Assembly (NCBI GenBank): GCA_963662285.2
Contig: CAXXMV010000006.1
Location: 1,408,001 to 1,472,000 of the forward strand
Length of the DNA: 64,000 nucleotides
Reading direction: 5' to 3'
Source: a bacterium
GTDB taxonomy: Bacteria > Hinthialibacterota > Hinthialibacteria > Hinthialibacterales > Hinthialibacteraceae
Position 1 is the stretch's first letter; each line of letters starts with the position of its first letter. Made by a program: the position numbers and the translations under genes. Positions 1 through 10,944 of this stretch are shown here, piece after piece. The notes beneath the pieces were generated by a model. It saw nothing but the letters and a program-made list of their open reading frames with translations. It ran no database searches and was not told the DNA's origin.

Positions 1-1478
1 TTGACGCAGTCTTCTACCACCGAATCCAAGGTTCGCGCCAATTGAGATTGACTGATGTCGTGTTGGTATTGTCCAACGCCGATTGATTTGGGATCAATTT
101 TAACCAATTCAGCTAACGGGTCTTGCAGCCTCCGGGCGATTGATACAGCCCCGCGAATGGATACGTCTAGATCGGGAAATTCACGGGCGGCCAGTTCGGA
201 TGCGGAATAAACCGAGGCGCCCGCTTCGGAAACCACCAATTTTTTCAAGTTCAAGTCGGGATGTGATTTGATGATTTCGGTTGCAAGTCGATCCGTTTCG
301 CGAGATGCTGTTCCATTACCGATACTGATCAGTTCAACGTTATGCTTACGTGAAAGCTCGACCAGCGTATCAATAGATTCAGCCCATTTATTGCGCGGCG
401 CGTGAGGGTATATCGTCGTCTGATCCACCAATTTCCCGGTATCGTCAACCACCGCAACTTTGACGCCCGTACGTAAGCCGGGATCCAAACCGAGAGTGGG
501 ACGTGGTCCAGCGGGTGCAGCCAATAAAAGGTCTCGCAGGTTATCTGCAAAAACTTTGATGGCCTCTTCTTCGGCGTTTTGCCAAAGACGCATTCTTAAA
601 TCAACATCGAGATGGGTGAAGATTTTAACGCGCCACGCCCAACGAACAGTCTCTTGCAGCCAATGGTCGGCGGGGCGTTCTTTATTTTGAATATGAAAAT
701 GTTGGGCGATGGTTTGTTGATAGAGGTCGGCATCCTGGCTTTTGGTCTCTTCTTCTGCACCGGTTTGCAATGTTAACCTGAGGAATCCTTCGTTAGCGCC
801 GCGAAATAAAGCGAGGGCGCGATGTGAAGGAATCTTTTTGATCTCTTCCTGATATGCAAAATAGTCGGAAAACTTGGCGCCTTCCTGTTCATTACCCTCA
901 AGAACTTCAGATTTAAGCAAGGCGTTGATCCAAAGCGTTTCGCGCAAACGGCCAATCAGTTCGGCGTCTTCGGCGAATTCTTCCATCAAGATTTGGCGTG
1001 CGCCTTCCAACGCGGACGCGGCGTCATCGATTTTATTATCGGGATTGATATAAGTCTCGGCAAACTCTTCCGGAACCAAATTAGGATTAGATAGCAATTC
1101 ATGAGCCAGCGGTTCCAATCCGGCTTCGCGGGCGATTTGCGCTTTGGTTCTGCGTTTGGGTTTATATGGTAAATACAAATCTTCCAATCGGGTTTTGGTA
1201 TCAGCGGCCTGAATGGATGCTTCGAGTTCGGGCGTGAGTTTATCCTGCTCAGTTATGCTTTTAAGAATCACTCCCTTGCGTTCTTCTAATTCACGTAAAT
1301 AGCGCAGACGCTCTTCCAGCAGACGCAACTGGTTATCTTCTAAAGCGCCAGTGGCTTCTTTTCTGTAACGCGCAATAAATGGAACAGTCGAGCCTTCATC
1401 CAACAATTTGACTGCGGCTAAAACTTGTTGCTCCTCAACAGCCAATTCATTCGTAAGACTTGTGATAATGCTATTCAT
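1..1478 (-). CDS. tex: Tex family RNA-binding transcriptional accessory protein (5' part; runs off the window start)
   Basis: Absent from the ORF track because it is open at the edge. Manual translation from ATG 1478 gives [58 protein letters not shown]..., later [59 protein letters not shown] and [22 protein letters not shown], all hallmark Tex/YhgF motifs. Confidence 0.95.
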   Translation of the reverse strand, partial: MNSIITSLTNELAVEEQQVLAAVKLLDEGSTVPFIARYRKEATGALEDNQLRLLEERLRYLRELEERKGVILKSITEQDKLTPELEASIQAADTKTRLEDLYLPYKPKRRTKAQIAREAGLEPLAHELLSNPNLVPEEFAETYINPDNKIDDAASALEGARQILMEEFAEDAELIGRLRETLWINALLKSEVLEGNEQEGAKFSDYFAYQEEIKKIPSHRALALFRGANEGFLRLTLQTGAEEETKSQDADLYQQTIAQHFHIQNKERPADHWLQETVRWAWRVKIFTHLDVDLRMRLWQNAEEEAIKVFADNLRDLLLAAPAGPRPTLGLDPGLRTGVKVAVVDDTGKLVDQTTIYPHAPRNKWAESIDTLVELSRKHNVELISIGNGTASRETDRLATEIIKSHPDLNLKKLVVSEAGASVYSASELAAREFPDLDVSIRGAVSIARRLQDPLAELVKIDPKSIGVGQYQHDISQSQLARTLDSVVEDCV

Positions 1479-1787
1479 TTATAGTAACTTTCCTATTATT
1501 TAGCAATGACAATTAATTTTTTTGTGTAAATAGAATCGCTCTATTACCACTATATCTAAAGCGATTTTATGCAGAAGATATCGTATCCGAAAAATGATTT
1601 TGGATAAGTACTTTGAAGCGAATATCATTTTTGATTCTAATTTCTGTTTTCCGATTATCCTATGAGACGTATTTGTTATTGTCATTCATTATAATCATGT
1701 AGACTTTCACATGATTTTTATTGATAATAGATGATATCCGTCGAAGATATATTTTTTTGACGATTCATCATCAAAGGAAAGAAAAAT

Positions 1788-4700
1788 ATGAACAGGAATT
1801 ATTCATTCATTATCTGCATAATAATTATTTGTTTTATTATAAATTTCTCGTTTGCCGCATCTCCCTATAACCTGCGAATATGGAAATCTTCCGACGGATT
1901 GGGTGAGACAAACTGCAATTGGATTTCAATAGATGACCTGGGCAATGTTCTTACCACTCACGGCCCGGTTGCTTCAATGAGTTATATAACGGGATACGAG
2001 GTTCAGAGTATACCTATCGAAAGGCATCTTGAATTTCGGTATAGTATCTTATATGGCAATAAAATCTGGGTAAATAAACCTTCGTCAGAAATTGGAGTAT
2101 ACGATTTATCAACCAAAGAATGGAAAATCAGTAAGTACAATGGACCTCACTTGTTTAACAATATGACCATGGCGCCCATTTCCAGCGATTCTGTGATCTT
2201 GTTATCAACTGATATCATAAGAAGGTTTGATATTTCAACCAATAAAACAACAATTATTCTCCATGCCTCTCAATCTGTTATCGCTCCTTTTCTTCACACG
2301 ATTCCATCAGAGGACGGCGAAATATTGATTACAGGGCAGGGCGGTCTGGCTAAACTCAGGTTTGAATATAGCAATGTTTCACAACCTCCATTGATAACGA
2401 ATTTTCCCTTCAATAAAGAAAGCGGCCTTAAAAATCTTACATATCCATTATCGGGTAATGGTAACTCAGTGTTTGGTAGAGCATATATTCAAGGAGGAAC
2501 AAAAGCACTAGTTTTTTTGCAAGGAAAACAATGGAAGGTTCTACATGAATCCCCGGAATTCGGTCGGGGAGGGGGGATTAATGATAATGACTATTGGTTT
2601 TATGATTATAATCGTAAGTTGAATTTATATCATTTGAATCACTATAAACTTGGAATAGTGACTACAGCCGATCAAGAAATTCCAGGAAATTTAGATTTCA
2701 AGGTTGATGAAGATGAGTCTCTTTGGGTCGCAACTTTTCGTGGAGTGAAGAGGTATTCAAAGCATACTTGGAATGTTCCAAAAGACTTGGACAAAAGTAG
2801 TCTTTTTCTTGTTTCTATCTTAGAAGATGAAAGAGGAATTATATGGTTTTTGAATCAGAATTTTTTAATTCAGTATAATAACGGTTCTTGGAAAGAACAC
2901 AGGTTACCTAAAGATTTCTTACATTCACAATATGCCACGCAAAATCTGGGATCAACACAGACTGGAAAAATTGTTATTGGTGGATTACCCAATACCTTAT
3001 TTTTTGATCCCGCTTCAGAGCAATTTGAATATTCTCAGATATCACAAAAAGGTATTTCAATAATAAACACGCAAGATAATGGCGATATATTCTCGCATGT
3101 TATTACGGAACGTTGGAAAAACTATTCGTTATGCATATTATCAGGAGATGAGTTTGAGCCAATATTAGAATTAAAAGATAAATGGAATATCGGTGAACTA
3201 CGGTATGTTTATCAAGACCGTGATAATAATCTGTGGATTGGAGGCATGGGCGATCAAAGGTTAGCTTTATATAAAGAGGGCAAATATCAGACATTTGGCG
3301 ATCAGTATCCATCAGATTCTGCTATGTGCATCCTTCAACTTGATAACAGTAAAATGTGGTTTTCAAGTAGAAAAGATCTGGTTGAATACGATGGAAATGA
3401 GTTTTATGTAATACGTAAAGGCGTTGATTCAATCTCATCCATGATCAAAAGCAAAAAAGACGGCAGCGTGTGGCTTGCCTCGTGGAATGGTTTATACCGT
3501 TATCACGATGGCGCATGGATTACATATACTAAGGAAGACGGATTACCTTCTTCTGGAATTATGAAAGTGTTTGAAGATAGCAACGGTAGGATATGGGTGG
3601 GTACGCAGGAAGGGAGAATTGCATATTATGATCCCAGTGCTGATCCTGATCCTCCCAAAGCCATTTTGCATCCCGAAGAGAATGTGTCAGAAATATCACC
3701 TGGCGGCGAAGCGCGTTTTGTATATTCAGGTATTGATAAATGGAAATACGTGCAAGCCGGGCGCTTGTTATATTCCCATCGTATTGATGATGGAGAATGG
3801 TCTAAATTCTCTCAATCCACGCTTGCCTCATATGAAGGACTGCACTCCGGCGCCCATCATTTTCAGGTTCGCGCTATGGATATACATCTAAACGTTTCCA
3901 CAGACACCGAGACATTTGATTTTGTAGTATTAAAACACTGGTATATGGAACCAATGTTCTTATGCATCATATCAATTTCCAGCCTTCTAACATTGATTTT
4001 TCTTGGCTATGCCATAAATCGCCATCTTAAGATAAACCATTACGCCCATAATCTAGAATCAACTAACAACCAATTGAATGAAGCAAACTTAGATCTACAA
4101 GAAGCCAATGCTCAATTAATCCAGCTGGATCAAATGAAAACGCAATTCGTCTCCCAGGCCTCACACGATCTGCGTACTCCCCTGACCGCCATAAAAGGCA
4201 GTCTTGATAATCTTCTTATGGGGATAGCCGGCGTCCTAAACGAAAAGCAAGCCAAGATCATGACCCGTGCAACAACATCAGTAGATCGTTTGACAAATCT
4301 CATCAATGACGTTCTCGATCTCAACCGTATAGAAACAGGTCGAATTATTTTAGAAAAAACCGATATTCCATTTAAAGCGTTAGTGGAGAACATTGTTAAT
4401 GAAAATCTCCCCGCCGCTGAGCAAAAGAGGATTCAATTAAATTTTGATGCAACCGACGGAGATTTCATGCTTAGCATTGATGGTAGTAAAATTGAGCGAG
4501 TAGTAGGTGAACTGATTAGTAATGCGATTAAATACACTCCTGAGAATGGAACAGTAGATATCGATCTCAAACAGAATGATCAAAAAATCACCTTATCTGT
4601 TAAAGACTCCGGCATCGGTATGACTAATGAAGAATGCAGTAAAATCTGGGAACGTTTTTACCGGACTTCTGCTTCTCAGAAATTCGCCAAGGGATCGGGT

Positions 4701-4805
4701 CTTGGGCTTTCTATTGCCAAGGAGTTAGTAGAATTGCATGAGGGGACGCTTTCCGTGGAGAGTGAACCGGGATATGGTACAACATTTTTACTGGAATTAT
4801 CTTAA
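1788..4805 (+). CDS. Sensor histidine kinase with periplasmic beta-propeller (Reg_prop) and Y_Y_Y domains
   Basis: Signal peptide; repeated DxxGxIW propeller motifs; YSHRIDDGEWS...GAHHFQVRAMD (Y_Y_Y); one TM helix; coiled coil; H-box SHDLRTPLTAI; N box ELISNAIKYT; DSGIG and GSGLGLSI G boxes. No adjacent response regulator. Confidence 0.9.
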   Translation: MNRNYSFIICIIIICFIINFSFAASPYNLRIWKSSDGLGETNCNWISIDDLGNVLTTHGPVASMSYITGYEVQSIPIERHLEFRYSILYGNKIWVNKPSSEIGVYDLSTKEWKISKYNGPHLFNNMTMAPISSDSVILLSTDIIRRFDISTNKTTIILHASQSVIAPFLHTIPSEDGEILITGQGGLAKLRFEYSNVSQPPLITNFPFNKESGLKNLTYPLSGNGNSVFGRAYIQGGTKALVFLQGKQWKVLHESPEFGRGGGINDNDYWFYDYNRKLNLYHLNHYKLGIVTTADQEIPGNLDFKVDEDESLWVATFRGVKRYSKHTWNVPKDLDKSSLFLVSILEDERGIIWFLNQNFLIQYNNGSWKEHRLPKDFLHSQYATQNLGSTQTGKIVIGGLPNTLFFDPASEQFEYSQISQKGISIINTQDNGDIFSHVITERWKNYSLCILSGDEFEPILELKDKWNIGELRYVYQDRDNNLWIGGMGDQRLALYKEGKYQTFGDQYPSDSAMCILQLDNSKMWFSSRKDLVEYDGNEFYVIRKGVDSISSMIKSKKDGSVWLASWNGLYRYHDGAWITYTKEDGLPSSGIMKVFEDSNGRIWVGTQEGRIAYYDPSADPDPPKAILHPEENVSEISPGGEARFVYSGIDKWKYVQAGRLLYSHRIDDGEWSKFSQSTLASYEGLHSGAHHFQVRAMDIHLNVSTDTETFDFVVLKHWYMEPMFLCIISISSLLTLIFLGYAINRHLKINHYAHNLESTNNQLNEANLDLQEANAQLIQLDQMKTQFVSQASHDLRTPLTAIKGSLDNLLMGIAGVLNEKQAKIMTRATTSVDRLTNLINDVLDLNRIETGRIILEKTDIPFKALVENIVNENLPAAEQKRIQLNFDATDGDFMLSIDGSKIERVVGELISNAIKYTPENGTVDIDLKQNDQKITLSVKDSGIGMTNEECSKIWERFYRTSASQKFAKGSGLGLSIAKELVELHEGTLSVESEPGYGTTFLLELS

Positions 4806-4912
4806 TAGAAATAATGAAACTGAGTTTAGAGCGATTATCGAAATTATGTTTCGATCTAACGATGGAGAATCTATAGGAGCCTTTACGAGGCCCATACATG
4901 CGGTTATGTGAG

Positions 4913-4947
4913 AGTGATAAGGTAGAATTGATTCCTACCTTATCACT
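4913..4947. terminator. Hairpin between convergent genes, probable bidirectional terminator
   Basis: AGTGATAAGGTAG (4913-4925) and CTACCTTATCACT (4935-4947) form a perfect 13-bp stem. Confidence 0.6.
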
Positions 4948-4979
4948 ACTCGATTGTTCGTGGATGACAATACTACCGA

Positions 4980-7430
4980 TTAATACAACATGAAGTCATC
5001 GATTGCTGTAACTGGTTCAAGGTCTGCCGGGTTTTGATCCAGGTTGTTGGTTAGCATTACCCAATCAACCATAGAGCCATCTTCACGGATATGGATGCGG
5101 AAGGTATGAACGCCCGCAGTCAGGTCCCAGGAGAGGTCCATATTGCCATCGACTCCTACCCAACCGGTATGAAATTCATCATCATAAATTCGGACGCCTA
5201 GTTCGTCCAATTCTATATAGCCTTCAAAACGGTAGCCAATGGTAACGGTCTGAATATCGTCATCCATTCCCACATAGAAGGAATCGTCGACGCCGCTGGG
5301 GGTGCGGGTCCGGGCGATAGCTCGGTAAGTTCCCGGTTCGGTTATTTCAAAGACGAAATCCAACTCGTCCATTGTAATCGAACTGCCTCCACCCCGTTCA
5401 GCATAGGCGTATAATTCCTGACTGGCGCCGGGAGCGAAGCGAATCGAGAATGGCAGTGATGCATCATTTGATGTGAACAGGTAAGCATCCTCCGCTTCAA
5501 TCATGGCCTCGCCATTGACCAGTTTAACCGCAACGGGAGAGTCAACATTCACATTCTGGAAAGAAAATGATTTAGCAATCACATCCTCGCCGGGTAATGG
5601 AATTGGATTGTAATAAAAATATGTTCCTTCAAACAAACCACCTATGATATCATCACCGGGCGCTGTGACCGAATAGGTCAATGTTTGAGAACCCGCTACT
5701 CCAGTCAATGACCATTCGACCTGTCCTTGATCATTTATTGCCGCAGAGCCTGCTGAAGCATTCAAGTTGCTGATAGGCCAGCCTGCCGGGGGGGTATCAG
5801 TAACAGACATCTCTGAACTGAATGATCCACTGGCTGGACGTGAAATTGTTACTTCGTAGGTTTTACCAGTTTGATATTCTGTATCGTCTATTTCCCGAGT
5901 GATAAAAAATTCGGTCTCTTCATCGAAATTTGCAATGTCTAGATTTGGATTGTTAGTAATGCAAAGCCAATCAATAGACGCGCTGTCTTCGCGGTTGGCT
6001 AAATAGAGATAATGATCACCGGCTTCTAACTGAAAAGACCTGGGATCCGCCGCAGGATCTGAACTGCTGACCCATTCGTTGGCGAAATTTTTCTTCATAC
6101 TCACAGACCAATAGGACGAATTATCTCCAGCAGGATAATCATCGATCTCGAAATGGAACGAATCGCTGTTGCCATCTTCAGAGCGGACGTGGCCAAACAG
6201 ATAGTACGTTCCAGATTCTTGAATAGAGATTGGAATCTCTAAGATAGATTGCGCAGAAGAAGTCATCGCAACTACTGAGATGCCTTCTGATGTTTTAAGG
6301 TCAAGCATCAAGCCGAAATCGGTTTCCGCTCCCAACCAATATCCTTGTTCTACTTGAACGATGGTTGGAAATGATGGATCAATGAACAGTGGTTGTTCGA
6401 GAGGCGTGAATTCAGGCGCCTGTGGAAGAAGGGCTTGGCCGCCGATGAAACTGTCGCGGTTCTCTCCATCGTTAAAAATTCCCCGCCATGCCGCTGAACT
6501 ATTTTGACCAAGAACCACGTCGTAGGTCAAGGTTGCTTCACCATCAAAGTCTGTCAGCACCCAATCAATGGCGCCATCGCCATTCACAGTTGCCTCGCCA
6601 GCTGATGACTGGATGTTTGATGCTCTGGCGCCCATCGGCATGATTTCATTAATAGTTGCTATAGCGACCTGCGAGCGGGCTTTGGCGGTTAAGGTTACGT
6701 TGGTAAGAGTGGCGCCTTTTTCTAATGAATCGGTTGGCAGAGCGCGCATAACGTTTAAGGGTAATTCAATTATTTGTACATCAGTAAATTCAAAATAGGC
6801 TATTTCATTAGTATTTTCCGTCGTTGCAGCTAATCCGGCAAGAACGGTTTCATCAAAAGCCGCCGCTTCACTTTGAAGCCATAGCCATTCACCTGCGGTA
6901 TTCTTGGTATAGAAATGGACGCTGTTGCCTATGCGTTCCAAGCGGATTGGTCCTGTATGCTCATCGGTGAAGCCGCCAGGTTGATCAAATGGATCGCCAT
7001 CCCTGATTGATCCGCCGCCCTTAAGCGTACGGAAGGTTGGAAATACCGAGCCGAGATCAGAGTTTCCATCTGACTCCGGTCCGCTGCTCATTAATAGAGA
7101 GATATGGATTGAGTCTTGATCGAGAGACTGGCGGATCATTAATCCACCGCGTCCCATGTCATCAAAGGGCCAGGGTTTGGATTCGATAGCGAAACTGCCC
7201 GACATTTCCTTGAAGGCGAAATGGAACTCATCGGTAAAACTGCGGTTACCGATGGTAGCGCCCACTGCATCCACCAGGTATTGTCCTGATCCTGCATCGT
7301 ACTCCACCGTTCCGGGAATTCCGGGTTCGCCGATATCCAGATGATCATCAAAGATACCGATAGGTTCCTGTGCGATGGCGCAAGGCGTGATTATAAGCAG
7401 CGCCAGTAAAAAATAGATTTTTTGTTTCAT
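4980..7430 (-). CDS. Secreted acidic multidomain beta-sandwich protein (ConA-like N-domain, two Ig/DUF11-like and two galactose-binding-like/CBM modules)
   Basis: Sec signal peptide. Internal duplication: ASNIQSSAGEATVNGDGAIDWVL / ISNLNASAGSAAINDQGQVEWSL, and GTYYL..R....SDSF..NREDSASIDWL / GTYRA..R....DDSF..IREDGSMVDWV. Ends TAIDDFMLY. Confidence 0.6.
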   Translation of the reverse strand: MKQKIYFLLALLIITPCAIAQEPIGIFDDHLDIGEPGIPGTVEYDAGSGQYLVDAVGATIGNRSFTDEFHFAFKEMSGSFAIESKPWPFDDMGRGGLMIRQSLDQDSIHISLLMSSGPESDGNSDLGSVFPTFRTLKGGGSIRDGDPFDQPGGFTDEHTGPIRLERIGNSVHFYTKNTAGEWLWLQSEAAAFDETVLAGLAATTENTNEIAYFEFTDVQIIELPLNVMRALPTDSLEKGATLTNVTLTAKARSQVAIATINEIMPMGARASNIQSSAGEATVNGDGAIDWVLTDFDGEATLTYDVVLGQNSSAAWRGIFNDGENRDSFIGGQALLPQAPEFTPLEQPLFIDPSFPTIVQVEQGYWLGAETDFGLMLDLKTSEGISVVAMTSSAQSILEIPISIQESGTYYLFGHVRSEDGNSDSFHFEIDDYPAGDNSSYWSVSMKKNFANEWVSSSDPAADPRSFQLEAGDHYLYLANREDSASIDWLCITNNPNLDIANFDEETEFFITREIDDTEYQTGKTYEVTISRPASGSFSSEMSVTDTPPAGWPISNLNASAGSAAINDQGQVEWSLTGVAGSQTLTYSVTAPGDDIIGGLFEGTYFYYNPIPLPGEDVIAKSFSFQNVNVDSPVAVKLVNGEAMIEAEDAYLFTSNDASLPFSIRFAPGASQELYAYAERGGGSSITMDELDFVFEITEPGTYRAIARTRTPSGVDDSFYVGMDDDIQTVTIGYRFEGYIELDELGVRIYDDEFHTGWVGVDGNMDLSWDLTAGVHTFRIHIREDGSMVDWVMLTNNLDQNPADLEPVTAIDDFMLY

Positions 7431-7643
7431 GATTCTCCTCCAATTATTAGTTTAGATTCTGATGTCCCCGTAATACGTTAGAGATAACGATAATGTTGCT
7501 TTAATTTCTCAAATATCAGATGAATTATCTAGGGTAAAAATGGAGAAATCAACAATTTAGTATTGTAATTTACATTGTATATATTATTTTGTTTGAAATG
7601 ATATTAGTTTTTTAGGATAAAGCGATTGTGAAGAGTTAGAGTA

Positions 7644-7680
7644 AATTCAAGGCCTTTGCTTTTGGCAAAGACCTTGAATT
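7644..7680. terminator. Stem-loop downstream of the CBM9-like gene
   Basis: AATTCAAGGCCTTTGC / GCAAAGACCTTGAATT, 16-bp stem with one mismatch. Confidence 0.45.
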
Positions 7681-7820
7681 ATTTGATAAGAAACAGAAAT
7701 TATGAATTAATGATTACCCGATTATCAAAAAAGTAATCTCAATTCAATAGTTATTTCATCTTTCATATTCACATAATTTCATTAATACTCTGACCAACTA
7801 ATTATGTCGGTCGACCTCGT

Positions 7821-7856
7821 CCCCTCTCCCGCCGGGAGAGGGCTAGGGTGAGGGGG
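7821..7856 (+). repeat. Family C palindromic repeat (CCCTCTCCC-N-GGGAGAGG...GGGTGAGGG)
   Basis: CCCCTCTCCCGCCGGGAGAGGGCTAGGGTGAGGGG. Related copies at 11001-11031 (reverse), 15804-15843, 15903-15945, 30293-30311/30663-30728, 33843-33905 and 34549-34620. Confidence 0.75.
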
Positions 7857-7897
7857 AATTACAGAACACCACCTGACAAAAGAAAATGGTAGAACTA

Positions 7898-9289
7898 CTA
7901 ATAAATATCCCAGTCAACAACCCGGGTTGCTTCGCTGAGGATGCGGATGTTTCCCCAATAGGTCTCGTTGCTATAGGCGAATTCGTAACTCGCATAGAGC
8001 CATTCCTGAGCGCCTTGATAACCGGCTTCGTTTTCGCCGTCCGAGTCGTTGATTGAGATATCGAAGCCATAGGTCTGGTCTTGTTCGAGTTCCCGTGCGG
8101 CCATATCCACCATCGCTTCGACCTGCCAGCCGCTGTCATCGGCTTTGACCTTCGATTCAATGGTTAACCAATCAGCAAAGTCGCCTCCATTGCCTACGCC
8201 ATTATCGGCGCGAACCGATATCTGGTCTGAAGTATTAGGCGTTCGACTGTTATCGTGGTCAATGTAAATTTCGGTGCTGTCTTCTTCCCACCAGCTGGCG
8301 CTTTCGCCAATAAAGACGACATCATCAACCACATCAATGCTGATATACAGATTGGTTCCATCATTTTGGAGGTATACCGTCGCGTTTAAGTCTTCCTCTG
8401 TAGGCAATGCCCACTGTCCATAGAATTGCGCATGGACTCCTGGGCGTTCGGGTGATGAACCATCCCAGTACTGGCTGTTGGCGCCTGCAATTTCATCGGC
8501 GTTTATCACTCCGTCGAGGGTGATATTATTCGAGGTTAGCGGCGCATCAATAATCTCAATGCCGGATGCAATGGGCGAGGTGCAGAGTATGTCGTCGAAA
8601 TACCAGGTTTCCACTGATTCACCGTCAGTGATGGAACCGTCGCTCTGCACCCTTCCATCTACGATGTTGATATACCAAAGGTTGCCGCCGGATGGCAACA
8701 CAACGCTGGCTTCTTCGTCATTGATCAAAACTTTGGTTGTCGATCCATCATCGATAAACACAAAATGATTCCAGTCGTCCTCTTTGATGGCGGCCCCATC
8801 GGCGCCGCTGGGATTATCGCTGGAAACCACGCGGAAGTTGCTGCCGTTAAACGGCAGTTCAATACCGATAAACGAGTCATTGACCAAATCGGAACCCGGC
8901 TGCACCGAGAGATAAACCGTGTTGACCGAACCGTCCATTCCATAGCCGAATATATCGTAATACACCCACAGGCTGACCGTGCCTACTCCACCGGGCAGAA
9001 CGGTCGGATGATGAGCGCCGATATTACCCATTGAATCCAGACCGAAGACCATCGACTGATTGAGGTTTACTTCGTCTGCGGCGTCCGGCGTATGATTCCA
9101 GAATTCGCCTAGTTCAACGCTGGTCGTAAATCCGCTGGCGCGTCCCTGTTCTTCCCAATCGAACGGCGCCCATGAAACCGAGTCGGGAGCGCTGCCATAC
9201 CAGAAGAAATAAGTTTCATCCGCCATACATATTGTTGACATGATTACAAACAATGCGGCTATGGTGAGAATAGATAATCTTTTCATCAT
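7898..9289 (-). CDS. Secreted protein with LamG-like region and C-terminal CBM9/DOMON-like sugar-binding domain
   Basis: AAGGAG RBS before ATG 9289 (MMKRLSIL... signal peptide). ITLDGVINADE...NLYISIDVVDD...WEEDSTEIYID...GWQVEAMV...GFDISINDSD match the CBM9_1 pattern. Ends RVVDWDIY. Confidence 0.65.
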   Translation of the reverse strand: MMKRLSILTIAALFVIMSTICMADETYFFWYGSAPDSVSWAPFDWEEQGRASGFTTSVELGEFWNHTPDAADEVNLNQSMVFGLDSMGNIGAHHPTVLPGGVGTVSLWVYYDIFGYGMDGSVNTVYLSVQPGSDLVNDSFIGIELPFNGSNFRVVSSDNPSGADGAAIKEDDWNHFVFIDDGSTTKVLINDEEASVVLPSGGNLWYINIVDGRVQSDGSITDGESVETWYFDDILCTSPIASGIEIIDAPLTSNNITLDGVINADEIAGANSQYWDGSSPERPGVHAQFYGQWALPTEEDLNATVYLQNDGTNLYISIDVVDDVVFIGESASWWEEDSTEIYIDHDNSRTPNTSDQISVRADNGVGNGGDFADWLTIESKVKADDSGWQVEAMVDMAARELEQDQTYGFDISINDSDGENEAGYQGAQEWLYASYEFAYSNETYWGNIRILSEATRVVDWDIY

Positions 9290-9477
9290 GGCATCTCCTT
9301 GATCACCGGGATTATCCAATTGAAACGTAAATCTAAAAATAGTATCGATTCAATTAACCGAGTTTCTCATGAAGAATACGTTTTGTCAACAATATTTTTA
9401 TATAATCATAATTTCATCAATGGTTTTGGTGGATATTTAGGACGGTTTTTGAATATGTATTTGTACATAGTTAAATC

Positions 9478-10845
9478 TTAACCAGCTGATCTCCCATCAT
9501 CAACCGCATCCGAACAATAGATATGATCCCAGATTGAATCCAGGATTTTGATTGCTTGGTCAAGCGGCTGCACGCGGCACTTGCCTTTATCGTCTTTGGA
9601 TAGCAGATGAGCCATTTCTGTTTTTTCGCCTTGCTCGCTGGATGTTGAGATTTCCCCGGATAGTTTTCTCAGTTTATCAAGCGCGTCTTCGATGTCGAAA
9701 TCTATGCGGGTGTCAAATTTTTTTTCAAACCAGGTTTCGATGAAGGCGTCCAGTTCTGGTTTTGTCATCCCCTCTTCGCAAGTGAGCAGGTGGTAGTAAG
9801 TCAGGATGGCTTCTTTACATTCTTCTTCTTCTGCGGAATCAATTAAGGTTTGGAAGACGCTGGCGTTGACGCTTATATTACGGAAAAAAAGCGTCTGAGT
9901 TACATCGTTAAGAAAGGCCACCCATTTGTTTTTGTAATTCATATACTGCTTCAGAGCGAAACCGCCCAGAGTTACCGTGACTGACAAAATAATAAGCAGT
10001 AAAGGATATATTTCATGAATATCAGGAATGCTATTCTTATCAATCGGCAGCCAGTCTAAAAATGATGTCAGTCCCAGCATGAGCAGGATTAGTCCAATCA
10101 GGACACCGAGACTGGGCAGCACTTTGACCAGCGTGGTTAATCCCAGCCCACAGGCGGGTACGAAAAACATGATTCGGTCTTTCAAGGTCATGCTTACTTT
10201 TACGTTGGGGAAAAGAATTTCCAAATCGGCTTTGGGAACGTTCTTGTAATAAAAAATATAGGTGCATCCGGGTTTGAAACGGAGTTTTTTTACATCGACG
10301 CCTTTCTCTTCAAAATACTTCTGATCCTTATATTTCAGCAGAAGGATAACCCGCTCGAAAAGTTCGAACTCTACCTTCTTGGGATAAAACGGCAGGAATT
10401 TCAACATCGTGGTAGACGATTTGGCGCCTCTGGAGAAAAACAGATAACGGTCAAAGGCATCGAAATCGACATCAATATTAAGCTGAATTAGGGTTTTATC
10501 CTTAAAAGCGTTGAGCAGATCATCCTCAGACAGGGGGTGAAAATTGGCTTTTTTGAGTAAGTGTTCAAAGTCACTATAAAACTGATCGGATCGCTTTTCA
10601 TCATCACGCTTAGTGTCTTTATGAAACGTTTTGAAATGAGTATCAGGATTAGCGGGCGAAAAACAATCTTTCAAGCGCTCTAATACGGCATGAAAACTAT
10701 AATGGTAGTAAGCCGTCAGGATATCGCAAAAGGTTTTGAATTTTTTCTTTCCATTTTCATCCAGTTTATCATCAGCTAAACACATCTCGATCACGTCGGA
10801 TCGTCGATAAGGTATGAACATCTCTTTTTGTATCTCTTTCTTCAT
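9478..10845 (-). CDS. DUF3754/TMEM143-like membrane protein
   Basis: FIPYRRSD N-terminus, KNVPKADLEILFPN motif, two hydrophobic helices, LIDSAEEEECKEAILTY and DFDIEDALDKL. Start placed at MKKEIQ (10845). Confidence 0.75.
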   Translation of the reverse strand: MKKEIQKEMFIPYRRSDVIEMCLADDKLDENGKKKFKTFCDILTAYYHYSFHAVLERLKDCFSPANPDTHFKTFHKDTKRDDEKRSDQFYSDFEHLLKKANFHPLSEDDLLNAFKDKTLIQLNIDVDFDAFDRYLFFSRGAKSSTTMLKFLPFYPKKVEFELFERVILLLKYKDQKYFEEKGVDVKKLRFKPGCTYIFYYKNVPKADLEILFPNVKVSMTLKDRIMFFVPACGLGLTTLVKVLPSLGVLIGLILLMLGLTSFLDWLPIDKNSIPDIHEIYPLLLIILSVTVTLGGFALKQYMNYKNKWVAFLNDVTQTLFFRNISVNASVFQTLIDSAEEEECKEAILTYYHLLTCEEGMTKPELDAFIETWFEKKFDTRIDFDIEDALDKLRKLSGEISTSSEQGEKTEMAHLLSKDDKGKCRVQPLDQAIKILDSIWDHIYCSDAVDDGRSAG

Positions 10846-10944
10846 TGGCGCCCTCACTACAAAGCAAAGGTGATAATCAGTGTAACAAGTTAACTGTTTG
10901 AAGCGTCTGCAATAATATATATAGGTAACGATTATCAAATCTCC

